64,000 nt of DNA from Eubacteriales bacterium (GCA_045632145.1 JAZQWB010000011.1:4026-68025), one strand, 5' to 3'. Positions 10,232-19,374 are shown, counted from the stretch's first letter. Numbers and translations: made by a program. Notes: a model not told the origin generated them from the sequence alone.

Positions 10232-13200
10232 TTAAAAGGCTCTCTTCTTCAGCTCATAAACAAAGGATGTTGCTGCAAAGATACCGATAGAAGCATAGAA
10301 GGAAACTGTAACGCCGGACTTAACACCCTCAAGAAGTTTGATCCAAGCGGGAGTAATTGTAACAAATCTTGTAGAAGCACTGTATCCGTTCATAGCAACA
10401 GAGTTGGTTACAACGTAAAGAATTCTGTGAGCCTCCTCACGCATTGCCTGAGCAAGCGCGCCGTAGCCCTCGCTGTACTTGTAAAGTGCAGACTTATCTG
10501 CGCTGTTTGCAGTATCACCGTCAGGAAGTGCGCATCCACCAAGGATACCGCCTACAAGATCCATGTAGCCGCTCTGCCAGTAGTCAGATACCGCAAAGCC
10601 CATCATACCGAACTCAGCTCTGAATACATTATTGATAAATCCGTGCTGGCTGGTCCACTGTACACCAATTCTATTGAAACCGGTCATGAGGTTCTCTGCT
10701 CCGCCCTCCTCAATAGCGATCTGGAAAGGACGAGCGTAGATCTGTCTGATAGTCTGCTCATTAGCCCAGGTGTTAACACCCTCACGGTTCTTTTCCTGCT
10801 CGTTAAGGATTGCGTGCTTCATATAAACGTAAACGCCCTCAGAACGAATACCCTTAACCTGCTCTGCGGTAATATAACCGGAGAGAAGAGGATCTTCGCT
10901 GTAATACTCGAAAGCACGTCCGTTATAAGTACCTCTGTGGATGTTACAACCAAGACCGTAAAGACCCGAGTAACCTGCCCAAAGACAGTCCTCACCGATC
11001 ATACTACCAAGCTTGTATGCAAGCTCATCGTTCAACGTTGCTGCAACGAGAGATGCGCAGGGATACTGAACGGGAGAGGAATCCATATCGGGATCGCCGT
11101 AAAGGAATGCAAATCTGTTGGTTGCGGTATTTTCGTTATCACTGTAAGCATAGTTAGTACCACCTACAGGACCAAGAGCACCGTTACCGTCGATGGTAGC
11201 AGGCTTACCGATAGAGTCAATACCAAATGTCTTACGAAGACCGTTGGAAAGAAGCATTACGGTATCCTCCCAGGTAAGCTGGTCAAGGAGTGCCTCCCAA
11301 CGAGGATCATCATAAGCAACGTGCTGAGGAACACCGTCAATAATGCTGATAAGAGAAGCAAGAGTCATACCGTTATTTGCACCGTAAGTAGGATATGCGA
11401 TATCATCCTTCTGAATCTTCTCGGAGCCCTTCTTACCGTCCTGAATCATCTCGGGAGTAACGGTAACGATTACCTGGTTGTTAAGAACAACGTGGCTCTC
11501 GGTCATACCGAGCTTAACGGTGGAGTTCCAATCATTTCTGGAAACGTAAACAACGGAGTTTGCAGTGTTAGCCGCAGAATAGAGATTAAGATCTGCGTTG
11601 TCAAACTGGTTGGTAATAGCAACGCCTGTTACCTTACTTACAGAATAAGTTACCTTATCCTCTGCCTTTTCCATTCTGTATACGAGAGATACGTCACCCT
11701 TTCCGGTCATCTTGCTCTCGTTTACGTCAGCGCCGTCAAGCTTCTTCTGTGCGAGGATATTATTGATAGCCTCGTGAGCATCACGTGCTACGGTGAAGTA
11801 GTAATTACCTGCGTCAAGAACGTAGGTCTTTGCATCATAAGCATCATAGGAAGCGAGCCATCTGCCATCAACGGTTACAGAAACTGTTTCGCTTTCACCG
11901 GGCTGAAGAAGCTGAGTCTTGGTATAACCGGCAAGCTCAACAGCTGCCTTTTCGATGCCACCCTTGATATAGGGCTGCTGAAGGTAAACCTGTACACCCT
12001 CCTTACCTGCAACTGCACCGGTGTTCTTAACGGTTACGGTTACAGTGTAGGTGTCATCGGTCTTGTTCTCGGTAACCTTCATATCGGAATACTTGAATGT
12101 TGTGTAAGAAAGTCCGTATCCAAAGGGATAGGAAACAACGTCAGTGTAGTTGAAGTCACCTGCATTCTCGGCCTCAAGAACAACGTCCTCGTAACGAGTT
12201 TCGGTGTAGCGGTAGCCGTTATAAATGCCCTCCTGATATACTACGTATCTGTTGGACTTACCACCGTTTGCGGTGCTGATTACACCGCCCTGGTTGTCAT
12301 AGCTACCGAAGTTAGCGTAAATGGGGTTATAGTGATGGCTAAGCCAGTAGGTATCTGTAAGTCTGCCGGAAGGAGCAACCTCACCGGAGAGAAGCTTACC
12401 AATACCAACAGTACCTGCAGTACCGCCGATACCTACCCAAAGAACTGCGTCAATGCCGTACTCGGGGTTGTTGATGTAATCGGTTTCAACCTGGTTTACA
12501 GAATTAAGAAGCACGATGATCTTAGATACCTTGCCCTGATCCTTAAGAGCCTTAAGATTCTTGAGCACGTCGATCTCTGTAGGAGAAAGCTCGAGGTAGT
12601 TGCCATGGCTATAATCTGTAGCAGAGCCACCGTAGAATTTAAGGTCGGTAGCCTCGGTGCCATATCTTGAAAGCACGAAGATCGCTGCCTCTGCCTCCTG
12701 GTTCTTGGCATCGGTAGTAATATCAGCCCACTTTGCATCCTTAATAGCATAAGAAGCCTTATCCGAGCTGGTGTTACTTACGTGGTCGCCGAAATAGGTA
12801 TCGTTTGCACTATACCAATTCCAAAGGCCCTCGTTAACCTTAAAGTTAGACTGTTCAAGACCGTCCTTAAGACTAATGAAATCGCTCTTCTTTGCGAAGG
12901 AAGAACCACCACCGGAGTAGATATAGTTTACAGAGCTTGAGCTGTAAAGGTTTACTTTTGCGCCGGCAGAAAGAGGAAGTGCGTTGTTGTCGTTCTTAAG
13001 AAGAACTGCACCCTCTTCAGTAACCTGAGAGGTAACTTCATTTGCTGCCTCTTTAAGATCCTTAATGCTGGTAAAATCAGAGAAATTCTTAATGATAGCT
13101 TCACTCTCGCCATCATTGATAATCTGCTGAGTTGACTGACCAAGGAATGCGGTGATTGCACCTGCATTTGCCAATGCGATCTCGCTACCCACGGAGGTAA

Positions 13201-13261
13201 GACCGTAAATAATTACGAAGATATTAAGGAAAATTTTACTTGCCAAATTAAGTGCCTTCAT
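10232..13261 (-). CDS. Membrane-anchored GH3 beta-glucosidase-like enzyme (GH3_C - Fn3 - GH3_N order)
   Basis: EGAVLLKNDNNALPL, YPFGYGLSYTTF, GRAFEYYSEDP, KHAILNEQE, nucleophile region AVSDY; N- and C-terminal hydrophobic segments. Confidence 0.93.
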   Translation of the reverse strand: MKALNLASKIFLNIFVIIYGLTSVGSEIALANAGAITAFLGQSTQQIINDGESEAIIKNFSDFTSIKDLKEAANEVTSQVTEEGAVLLKNDNNALPLSAGAKVNLYSSSSVNYIYSGGGSSFAKKSDFISLKDGLEQSNFKVNEGLWNWYSANDTYFGDHVSNTSSDKASYAIKDAKWADITTDAKNQEAEAAIFVLSRYGTEATDLKFYGGSATDYSHGNYLELSPTEIDVLKNLKALKDQGKVSKIIVLLNSVNQVETDYINNPEYGIDAVLWVGIGGTAGTVGIGKLLSGEVAPSGRLTDTYWLSHHYNPIYANFGSYDNQGGVISTANGGKSNRYVVYQEGIYNGYRYTETRYEDVVLEAENAGDFNYTDVVSYPFGYGLSYTTFKYSDMKVTENKTDDTYTVTVTVKNTGAVAGKEGVQVYLQQPYIKGGIEKAAVELAGYTKTQLLQPGESETVSVTVDGRWLASYDAYDAKTYVLDAGNYYFTVARDAHEAINNILAQKKLDGADVNESKMTGKGDVSLVYRMEKAEDKVTYSVSKVTGVAITNQFDNADLNLYSAANTANSVVYVSRNDWNSTVKLGMTESHVVLNNQVIVTVTPEMIQDGKKGSEKIQKDDIAYPTYGANNGMTLASLISIIDGVPQHVAYDDPRWEALLDQLTWEDTVMLLSNGLRKTFGIDSIGKPATIDGNGALGPVGGTNYAYSDNENTATNRFAFLYGDPDMDSSPVQYPCASLVAATLNDELAYKLGSMIGEDCLWAGYSGLYGLGCNIHRGTYNGRAFEYYSEDPLLSGYITAEQVKGIRSEGVYVYMKHAILNEQEKNREGVNTWANEQTIRQIYARPFQIAIEEGGAENLMTGFNRIGVQWTSQHGFINNVFRAEFGMMGFAVSDYWQSGYMDLVGGILGGCALPDGDTANSADKSALYKYSEGYGALAQAMREEAHRILYVVTNSVAMNGYSASTRFVTITPAWIKLLEGVKSGVTVSFYASIGIFAATSFVYELKKRAF

Positions 13262-13262
13262 C

Positions 13263-13691
13263 TTAAAAACCTCCTTCGTCAGAATGTTTCATATACATTG
13301 CAAGGTTTGCAAGTACAAAGGATACAATGTAAAGAACTGTGCTGGTGAGAACAATGGGGTCGATAAGACCGAATGCCTCAAGGCTTACGCCATTATAAAA
13401 TACGCCTGTAAAATACATATAAATATTGGAAACGTATGTAAGCAGGCTTGCAAAGACACCGAGCCAAAGAGCAATGGGAGCATAGTTCGAGGTGAAGTCA
13501 ATAATAAGAAGCACCACGAACGCACCGATGCCAATAAAACCGATGCTAAGCACGTTGCTGTTGTTATACTCAAGAAGTGTATCGGTAAATCCGTTAACAT
13601 AGCTGAGCATAGCCGCAACAAGAGTTAATATAGAAGCCACCGAGAAATAAAATCCGATGCGCTTAAAAAATCCAAAATTAAATAATTTCAT
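13263..13691 (-). CDS. Four-TM membrane protein, translationally coupled to GH3
   Basis: Hydrophobic ~142 aa; ATG at 13691 after AGGTGG (alternative GTG at 13700); ends 1 bp before the GH3 start. Confidence 0.8.
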   Translation of the reverse strand: MKLFNFGFFKRIGFYFSVASILTLVAAMLSYVNGFTDTLLEYNNSNVLSIGFIGIGAFVVLLIIDFTSNYAPIALWLGVFASLLTYVSNIYMYFTGVFYNGVSLEAFGLIDPIVLTSTVLYIVSFVLANLAMYMKHSDEGGF

Positions 13692-13703
13692 CTTGTCCAC
13701 CTA

Positions 13704-15653
13704 TTATACTTCACTGAATGTAACATTTACAACATAGCTTCCGATGCCATAGAACTTCATCTGGAAGGGATTTGAGGAGTCACTGGTGAAGGTAAATTCA
13801 AATGTGTTTTCTCCATTGTTAAGTGTCATAGGAGTTGCACCGGTACTTCCGCCGGAGATATCAACAGCAGTGCCGTCAACTCCAGCAAACTCAATAGTAA
13901 TAGTCACCTTGTATGTTCCCTGTGTTTCGGGCTGATATCTTAGGTATGCGTACTTCTTATTATCAGAATCGACAGATTCGATACCAAGGTGAATATTATT
14001 TTCATCGTCGATTATAGGAGTACCGAAGAGCTTGGTATTACCATCGTTAAGGTAGAACCAGTTGCCGGGAGCAGCAACAGTTGCAGATTTGTTACCTTTG
14101 GTAAGTTCTGTGCCCTCTATTTCTGTTGCACCCTCAACGTTAACAAGGCAGGTTGCAGAATAGTTACCGCAAATAGCAGTGATGCTTGCAATTCCCTCGC
14201 CTACTGCAGTAACAACACCGTTTTCAACGGTAACAACAGAGGCGTTGGAGGAAACCCACTCAATTGCAGGGCTATCCTGACCGGGAACGGTTGCGGTCAA
14301 AGTAAAGGAATCTCCAACCTGAAGAGTCTTGGATTCATCAGAAAGTGTCATCTTCTCTACTCTGCTGATTTCATCAAAGATAGGAAGAATATAGAACTCG
14401 CCCATCGCCTTAAACTTGATCTGATAGGGGTTTACGTCCTTAGGACTGGAAGAGGTGAATTCAACTTCAATACGATTAAGTCCGAGCTTGAGGTAGTTAT
14501 CCTTACCGTTAAGCTGGATAAGAGCATTGTCTGTGCCGGAGTAAATGTAAAGAGTGTGCTTATAAACAACGTCACCTGCATCATCGGGCTGATATCTTAA
14601 GTAGAAGAAGTTTGCACCGCTTGTACCAACGTTAGTGATATCGCAATAGATAAGGCCGTTGTCCATGGTAGGAATTGAACCGACGGTAACAGTCTTAGAC
14701 TCACAGAGATAATACCAGTTGCCCACGTTAGTTGCAGAATCTGCCTTCTTACCGGTCAAGAGCTCTGTAACCTCAGCGCTTCCCGACTTAACGATAACAA
14801 CACTGGAGGAAGCAAGTCCGTCAGAGGTAGATGTTGCAGTGATGGTAACCATACCTGTCTTAACAGCTGTTACTACACCGTTTGCATCAACAGTTGCAAT
14901 TCTGTCATCAGAGGATACCCAGGTCGCTTCACCAAGAGTGCCATTTACAGCGATCTGTGCAGACTCGCCTGCACCAACGATCTTAACATCCTCAAGAGTG
15001 AAGAAGCTGTTATAGATCTTTACAAGAAGCTTTGCAGAGATGTCACCACTGCGAGCAATTATGTAAACCTGTCCGGCCTTATGAGCAGTGATAACACCTT
15101 TCTCATCAATAGTAGCGATAGACTCGTCCTCACTTGCCCAGGTAATAACTCCATCATCGGGAGCCTTTGCAGTAACAGTAGCAGTTGCGCCATCCTGAAT
15201 GGAAATAACAACCTCTTCAACATCACCAAAGGAGATGTTGCTGTCAATTACTGTTACAGTACATGTCTTGGTTTCAACGATCTTAAACTTAGATACGTCG
15301 ATAACACTTACAGAGATGGTTGCACTACCCTCCTTGATACCTGTGACGGTAGCAGAATTCTGATTTTCGGAGCTTTTTTTAACGTTAACAACGTTCTTAT
15401 TGTCCGAATCCCAGAGGAAGATGTACGAACCGGATTCAACCGCTGTGGAAGCGGTAAGCGTCTTCTGGCCACCAATATTAATGGTAACCTCGCTCTCGGA
15501 AACAGAGAGGCCAACAACAGTCTCTTCAGGCTGAGAAGATCCCTGGTTCTCTGTGTCAGGGTTGGAAATAGCTGTCCAAACCCCAATGCCAATCGGTAAG
15601 ATCAGCAGAATAGCAATTAAGCAGATAATTAATGCATATAATGCGCCTTTCAT
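13704..15653 (-). CDS. N-terminally anchored surface protein with Ig-like (Big_2) repeats and a duplicated unknown domain
   Basis: N-terminal TM; Big_2 motifs (WASEDESIATIDEKGVITA, WVSSDDRIATVDANGVVTAV, WVSSNASVVTVENGVVTAV); two GNW.Y...YLRYQP...NP.Q.KF domains. Confidence 0.85.
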   Translation of the reverse strand: MKGALYALIICLIAILLILPIGIGVWTAISNPDTENQGSSQPEETVVGLSVSESEVTINIGGQKTLTASTAVESGSYIFLWDSDNKNVVNVKKSSENQNSATVTGIKEGSATISVSVIDVSKFKIVETKTCTVTVIDSNISFGDVEEVVISIQDGATATVTAKAPDDGVITWASEDESIATIDEKGVITAHKAGQVYIIARSGDISAKLLVKIYNSFFTLEDVKIVGAGESAQIAVNGTLGEATWVSSDDRIATVDANGVVTAVKTGMVTITATSTSDGLASSSVVIVKSGSAEVTELLTGKKADSATNVGNWYYLCESKTVTVGSIPTMDNGLIYCDITNVGTSGANFFYLRYQPDDAGDVVYKHTLYIYSGTDNALIQLNGKDNYLKLGLNRIEVEFTSSSPKDVNPYQIKFKAMGEFYILPIFDEISRVEKMTLSDESKTLQVGDSFTLTATVPGQDSPAIEWVSSNASVVTVENGVVTAVGEGIASITAICGNYSATCLVNVEGATEIEGTELTKGNKSATVAAPGNWFYLNDGNTKLFGTPIIDDENNIHLGIESVDSDNKKYAYLRYQPETQGTYKVTITIEFAGVDGTAVDISGGSTGATPMTLNNGENTFEFTFTSDSSNPFQMKFYGIGSYVVNVTFSEV

Positions 15654-15785
15654 TGCTTATGCTCCTCCTTTTTTATTTTATTTTTTTGCCAACATTGTTT
15701 GTTTTAGTATGATGTAAACGTAGTGCAACATCATACCAAAAGGGGCTACCCCCTTATAAAAACATTTTAAAAGACATGCTTGTAT

Positions 15786-15814
15786 ATTATATCAAATTTA
15801 AAATAAAATGTAAA
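15786..15814 (-). promoter_or_regulatory. Putative sigma-A promoter (TTTACA-17-TATAAT, extended -10) for the glycan operon
   Basis: Consensus -10 with TG, near-consensus -35, 17-bp spacer. Confidence 0.55.
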
Positions 15815-15925
15815 TTAGATATTGTGCACAAAATTTTAATTATTCTTTTGTGCACATAGTATATTGGGTTATTCTCGCATCATGAGATTAATTCAAGGTT
15901 TTTGTGTTGAAATCCGTCTTTTTTA

Positions 15926-15954
15926 TTGACAAAATCCTACATATAAATTATAAT
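15926..15954 (+). promoter_or_regulatory. Sigma-A promoter (TTGACA-17-TATAAT) for tetR
   Basis: Perfect consensus hexamers and spacing. Confidence 0.7.
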
Positions 15955-16067
15955 AAATACGCATACGAAATTCAAGCAACAAATTTTTACAGTTGGTTGT
16001 ATAATCGACATTTTAATTAAGAGTGTTGCAGAAATACAAAATATTTGACAAAAAGTAGGAGCAAGAT

Positions 16068-16607
16068 ATGGATCAAAGAACAAGATTAACGAAAGCACTC
16101 CTTTACAATTCTATAATTGATATGGCAAAGGATACCATTATACACAAAATATCCATTCGAGAGCTTTGCACCAAGGCAGGTATTAACCGCTCTACTTTTT
16201 ATAGATATTACGGAAGTCAGTACGATCTGATATACGAAATGCAAAATGAGCTTATCGATAGAATTGAAAGCCGAGTAAAGAGCGATGTTACAGAAAGCCG
16301 ATATGACCAGCTTATATACAGTGTTCTTTATGTTCTGAATGAAGACGTTGCAATGTCTAGGTTTCTTTTAATTGATTACCATGATAACAAATTCTACGAA
16401 AGACTATATGCCAGAATACAGCCTGAATGGTATATTCTCAATTCAAACTGTGACTTTCCCGAGCATCTAACGGAATATGTATACAGAGGTTACTTTACGG
16501 GCATTGATGAAATAGTGCGTCTATGGATTATGAAGGACGACCGCGAGGATACCACAGAAATGACAAACTTGATACTTAAGATGCGAAACCGTGTGTTCAA
16601 CAGTTAA
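16068..16607 (+). CDS. TetR/AcrR family transcriptional regulator, divergent from the glycan operon
   Basis: HTH ISIRELCTKAGINRSTFYRYYGSQYDL; AGGAG RBS. Confidence 0.92.
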   Translation: MDQRTRLTKALLYNSIIDMAKDTIIHKISIRELCTKAGINRSTFYRYYGSQYDLIYEMQNELIDRIESRVKSDVTESRYDQLIYSVLYVLNEDVAMSRFLLIDYHDNKFYERLYARIQPEWYILNSNCDFPEHLTEYVYRGYFTGIDEIVRLWIMKDDREDTTEMTNLILKMRNRVFNS

Positions 16608-16670
16608 TATACATTAAAATGTGTGCCATCATCATCTATCTACACAGCAGAACTAAATAAATATTGCCAG

Positions 16671-16704
16671 AGGCACTTACCTAATCCAAGATAGGTGCCT
16701 TTTT
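16671..16704 (+). terminator. Rho-independent terminator after tetR
   Basis: AGGCACTTA...TAGGTGCCT followed by TTTT. Confidence 0.7.
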
Positions 16705-16737
16705 CGCGGAGCATCATTGTAAATATAAAAACAAATT

Positions 16738-16821
16738 GGACACATCACAGAGGATTTCTCCAAAATGATGTGTCCAATTTTTTATGTTTTGAATTTTCGT
16801 AAAAAGACTTTTACAATGCTC
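16738..16821. repeat. 84-bp direct repeat, copy 2 (within a longer imperfect palindrome ~16709..16821)
   Basis: 77/84 identical to 3016..3099; AATTGGACACATCA/TGATGTGTCCAATT perfect 14-bp inverted repeat. Confidence 0.93.
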
Positions 16822-16855
16822 TATAAAGCCTCAAAAAGCCTTGAAAATCAAGGAA

Positions 16856-16889
16856 TTACTTGCAAGCCTCTTCGATAGCAACTGCAACA
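16856..16889 (-). repeat. Duplicated 3' end of the GGGtGRT gene (att-like scar)
   Basis: 30/34 identical to 16981..17014; encodes VAVAIEEACK* vs VAVAIEEASK*; next to palindrome CCTTGAAAATCAAGG (16839..16853). Confidence 0.85.
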
Positions 16890-16980
16890 TGATATAAAGT
16901 TTATATAAGCTGGATGGGGACGGAGTCGCACCGCCCACTATGCTCGAGCATACCCCTCCATATAAACTCTATAAGTTCGC
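16890..16980 (-). ncRNA. Candidate structured RNA / tRNA-like mini-element (not a complete tRNA)
   Basis: Minus strand folds into a 13-bp outer stem enclosing an acceptor-like stem GGAGGGG/CCCATCC, hairpin TATGC-TCGA-GCATA and T-arm-like GGCGG-TGCGACT-CCGTC. Confidence 0.4.
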
Positions 16981-17979
16981 TTACTTAGAAGCTTCCTCGA
17001 TAGCAACTGCAACAGCAACAGTCATACCAACCATGGGGTTGTTACCTGCGCCGATGAGACCCATCATCTCTACGTGAGCGGGTACGGAGGAAGAACCAGC
17101 GAACTGAGCGTCGCCGTGCATTCTACCCATAGTATCAGTCATACCGTAGGAAGCAGGACCTGCAGCCATGTTATCGGGGTGAAGAGTTCTACCAGTACCA
17201 CCACCGGAAGCTACGGAGAAGTAGTTCTTGCCGTTCTCGTTACACCACTTCTTGTAGGTACCTGCAACGGGATGCTGGAATCTGGTGGGGTTGGTGGAGT
17301 TACCGGTGATGGAAACGCCAACGTTCTCAAGTCTCATGATAGCAACGCCCTCGGGAACGGAATCAGAGCCGTAGCACTTAACCTTTGCTCTGTCACCGTT
17401 GGAGTATGCAGTCTCGGAGATAACGTTAACCTCCTCGGTGTAGGGATCGAACTCGGTCTGAACGTAGGTGAAGCCGTTGATTCTGGAAATGATCATAGCG
17501 GCATCCTTGCCGAGACCGTTAAGGATAACGCGAAGGGGGTTAGTTCTAACCTTGTTTGCGTTAAGAGCGATCTTAATAGCGCCCTCTGCAGCAGCAAAGG
17601 ACTCGTGACCTGCAAGGAAGCAGAAGCACTCGGTGCTCTCAGAGAGAAGCATAGAGCCGAGGTTACCGTGGCCAAGACCAACCTTACGGTTCTCTGCTAC
17701 GGAGCCAGGGATACAGAAGGACTGAAGACCGATACCGATTGCAGCAGCAGCGTCAGCAGCCTTGGTGCAACCCTTCTTGATTGCGATTGCAGCGCCTACA
17801 GTGTAAGCCCACTTTGCATTCTCGAATGCGATGGGCTGAGTTTCTTCAACGATCTTGTAAGGATCGATGCCCTTTGCATCACAGATAGCCTTACACTCGT
17901 CGATAGAGGAAATACCATATTCCTTGAGAGTAGCGAGAATCTTCGCTTCTCTTCTTTCATAACCTTCAAAATGTGCCAT
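16981..17979 (-). CDS. GGGtGRT family protein
   Basis: Signature SVASGGGTGRTLHPDNMAAGPASYGMTDTMGRMH. Confidence 0.95.
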   Translation of the reverse strand: MAHFEGYERREAKILATLKEYGISSIDECKAICDAKGIDPYKIVEETQPIAFENAKWAYTVGAAIAIKKGCTKAADAAAAIGIGLQSFCIPGSVAENRKVGLGHGNLGSMLLSESTECFCFLAGHESFAAAEGAIKIALNANKVRTNPLRVILNGLGKDAAMIISRINGFTYVQTEFDPYTEEVNVISETAYSNGDRAKVKCYGSDSVPEGVAIMRLENVGVSITGNSTNPTRFQHPVAGTYKKWCNENGKNYFSVASGGGTGRTLHPDNMAAGPASYGMTDTMGRMHGDAQFAGSSSVPAHVEMMGLIGAGNNPMVGMTVAVAVAIEEASK

Positions 17980-17995
17980 TTATATTTCCTCCTTA

Positions 17996-18697
17996 TTATT
18001 CCTTACGAGGGTCGATGTACTTAACAGCATCATTAAATCTGCCGTATGTACCCTTAGACTTCTCGTATGCTTCGTTAGGCTCCATGCCCTTCTTGATGAA
18101 GTCGGTCATCTTGCCGAGAGAAACGAACTCGTAGCCGATAACCTGATTGTTCTCATCAAGAGCCATTCTGGTGCAGTAGCCCTCGGTCATCTCAAGGTAA
18201 CGAACACCCTTTGCCTTAGTACCGTACATAGTACCAACCATGGATCTCTCACCCTTACCAAGGTCCTCCATACCAGCGCCGATTACAAGACCGCCCTCAG
18301 AGAAAGCGGACTGAGATCTACCGTATACGATCTGAAGGAAGAGTTCACGCATAGCGGTGTTAATAGCGTCACAAACAAGGTCGGTGTTAAGAGCCTCGAG
18401 AATGGTCTTGCCGGGAAGAATCTCTGCTGCCATAGCTGCAGAGTGGGTCATACCGGAACAACCAATAGTCTCAACGAGAGCCTCCTCAATGATACCGTCC
18501 TTAACGTTAAGCGAAAGCTTGCAAGCGCCCTGCTGAGGTGCGCACCAGCCCACACCGTGAGTGTAAGCCGAGATGTCAGCGATGTCCTTTGCCTTTACCC
18601 ACTTGCCCTCTTCAGGAATGGGAGCAGGACCGTGGTTAGGTCCCTTGGCAACAACGCACATATTTTCCACTTCTTTGGAAAAAACAAGTTCTGCCAT
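17996..18697 (-). CDS. NifU/IscU-like Fe-S scaffold-family protein (usual GGGtGRT partner)
   Basis: GWCAPQQGACKL, ETIGCSGMTHSAAMA, TDLVCDAIN: three conserved Cys motifs. Confidence 0.88.
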   Translation of the reverse strand: MAELVFSKEVENMCVVAKGPNHGPAPIPEEGKWVKAKDIADISAYTHGVGWCAPQQGACKLSLNVKDGIIEEALVETIGCSGMTHSAAMAAEILPGKTILEALNTDLVCDAINTAMRELFLQIVYGRSQSAFSEGGLVIGAGMEDLGKGERSMVGTMYGTKAKGVRYLEMTEGYCTRMALDENNQVIGYEFVSLGKMTDFIKKGMEPNEAYEKSKGTYGRFNDAVKYIDPRKE

Positions 18698-18736
18698 AAT
18701 TTATGTTCTCCTTTTAAAAAATTAATATCTAGTAAA

Positions 18737-19309
18737 TTACTTTACGATCTCACCGTAGCAAACACCGAATGCACAAGCAGCATTAGCCTCGTCGGTGTCA
18801 ATGTGCATAGCGGGAGCGAAGGCGGGGCTTACTCTTACTACAACGTCACCGAGGATAGCGGTACGCTCGGACTCAATCTTAACAGAAACGATCTCCTTAT
18901 CGCAAACGCCCATTTCAGCAGCTGCCTCAGGAGTAAGGTGGATGTGACGCTTTGCAGCGATAACACCCTCGGTGAGCTCAAGCTCTGCACCGTTCTCGGG
19001 GTTAACAAGCTTGCATGCACCACTGCCCTTGATGTCGCCGGACTCACGGATAGGAGCAACAACACCGATTGCACGAGCATCGGTAAGAGAAATCTCTACC
19101 TGGCTGGCATTTCTAGTAGGACCAAGAATAGATGCCTTTACAGAGCCCTTAGGACCAACAACGGTAAGCTTCTCTGCACAAGCGAACTGACCGGGCTGGC
19201 TAAGCTCCTTCTTATTAGTGAGCTGATAGCCCTCACCGAAAAGCACGTCAACTGCCTCGCGGCTAAGGTGAATGTGTCTTGCGGAAGTTTCAACTAAAAC
19301 CTTTTTCAT
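18737..19309 (-). CDS. pduL: PduL-type phosphate acyltransferase (phosphotransacylase)
   Basis: SARHIHL, LSQPGQFA, AKRHIHLTP, MHIDTDEANA; no N-terminal encapsulation peptide. Confidence 0.93.
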   Translation of the reverse strand: MKKVLVETSARHIHLSREAVDVLFGEGYQLTNKKELSQPGQFACAEKLTVVGPKGSVKASILGPTRNASQVEISLTDARAIGVVAPIRESGDIKGSGACKLVNPENGAELELTEGVIAAKRHIHLTPEAAAEMGVCDKEIVSVKIESERTAILGDVVVRVSPAFAPAMHIDTDEANAACAFGVCYGEIVK

Positions 19310-19374
19310 TTTCAGGAATTCTCCTTAACTTTTTTATTTCGGTGGACATAACTGTCCACGATATTCCAATGTAC

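Noticed and set aside
16890-16980. A genuine tRNA gene
   Set aside because: Too short, only one internal hairpin, non-canonical T-loop, no CCA; retained only as tRNA-like.
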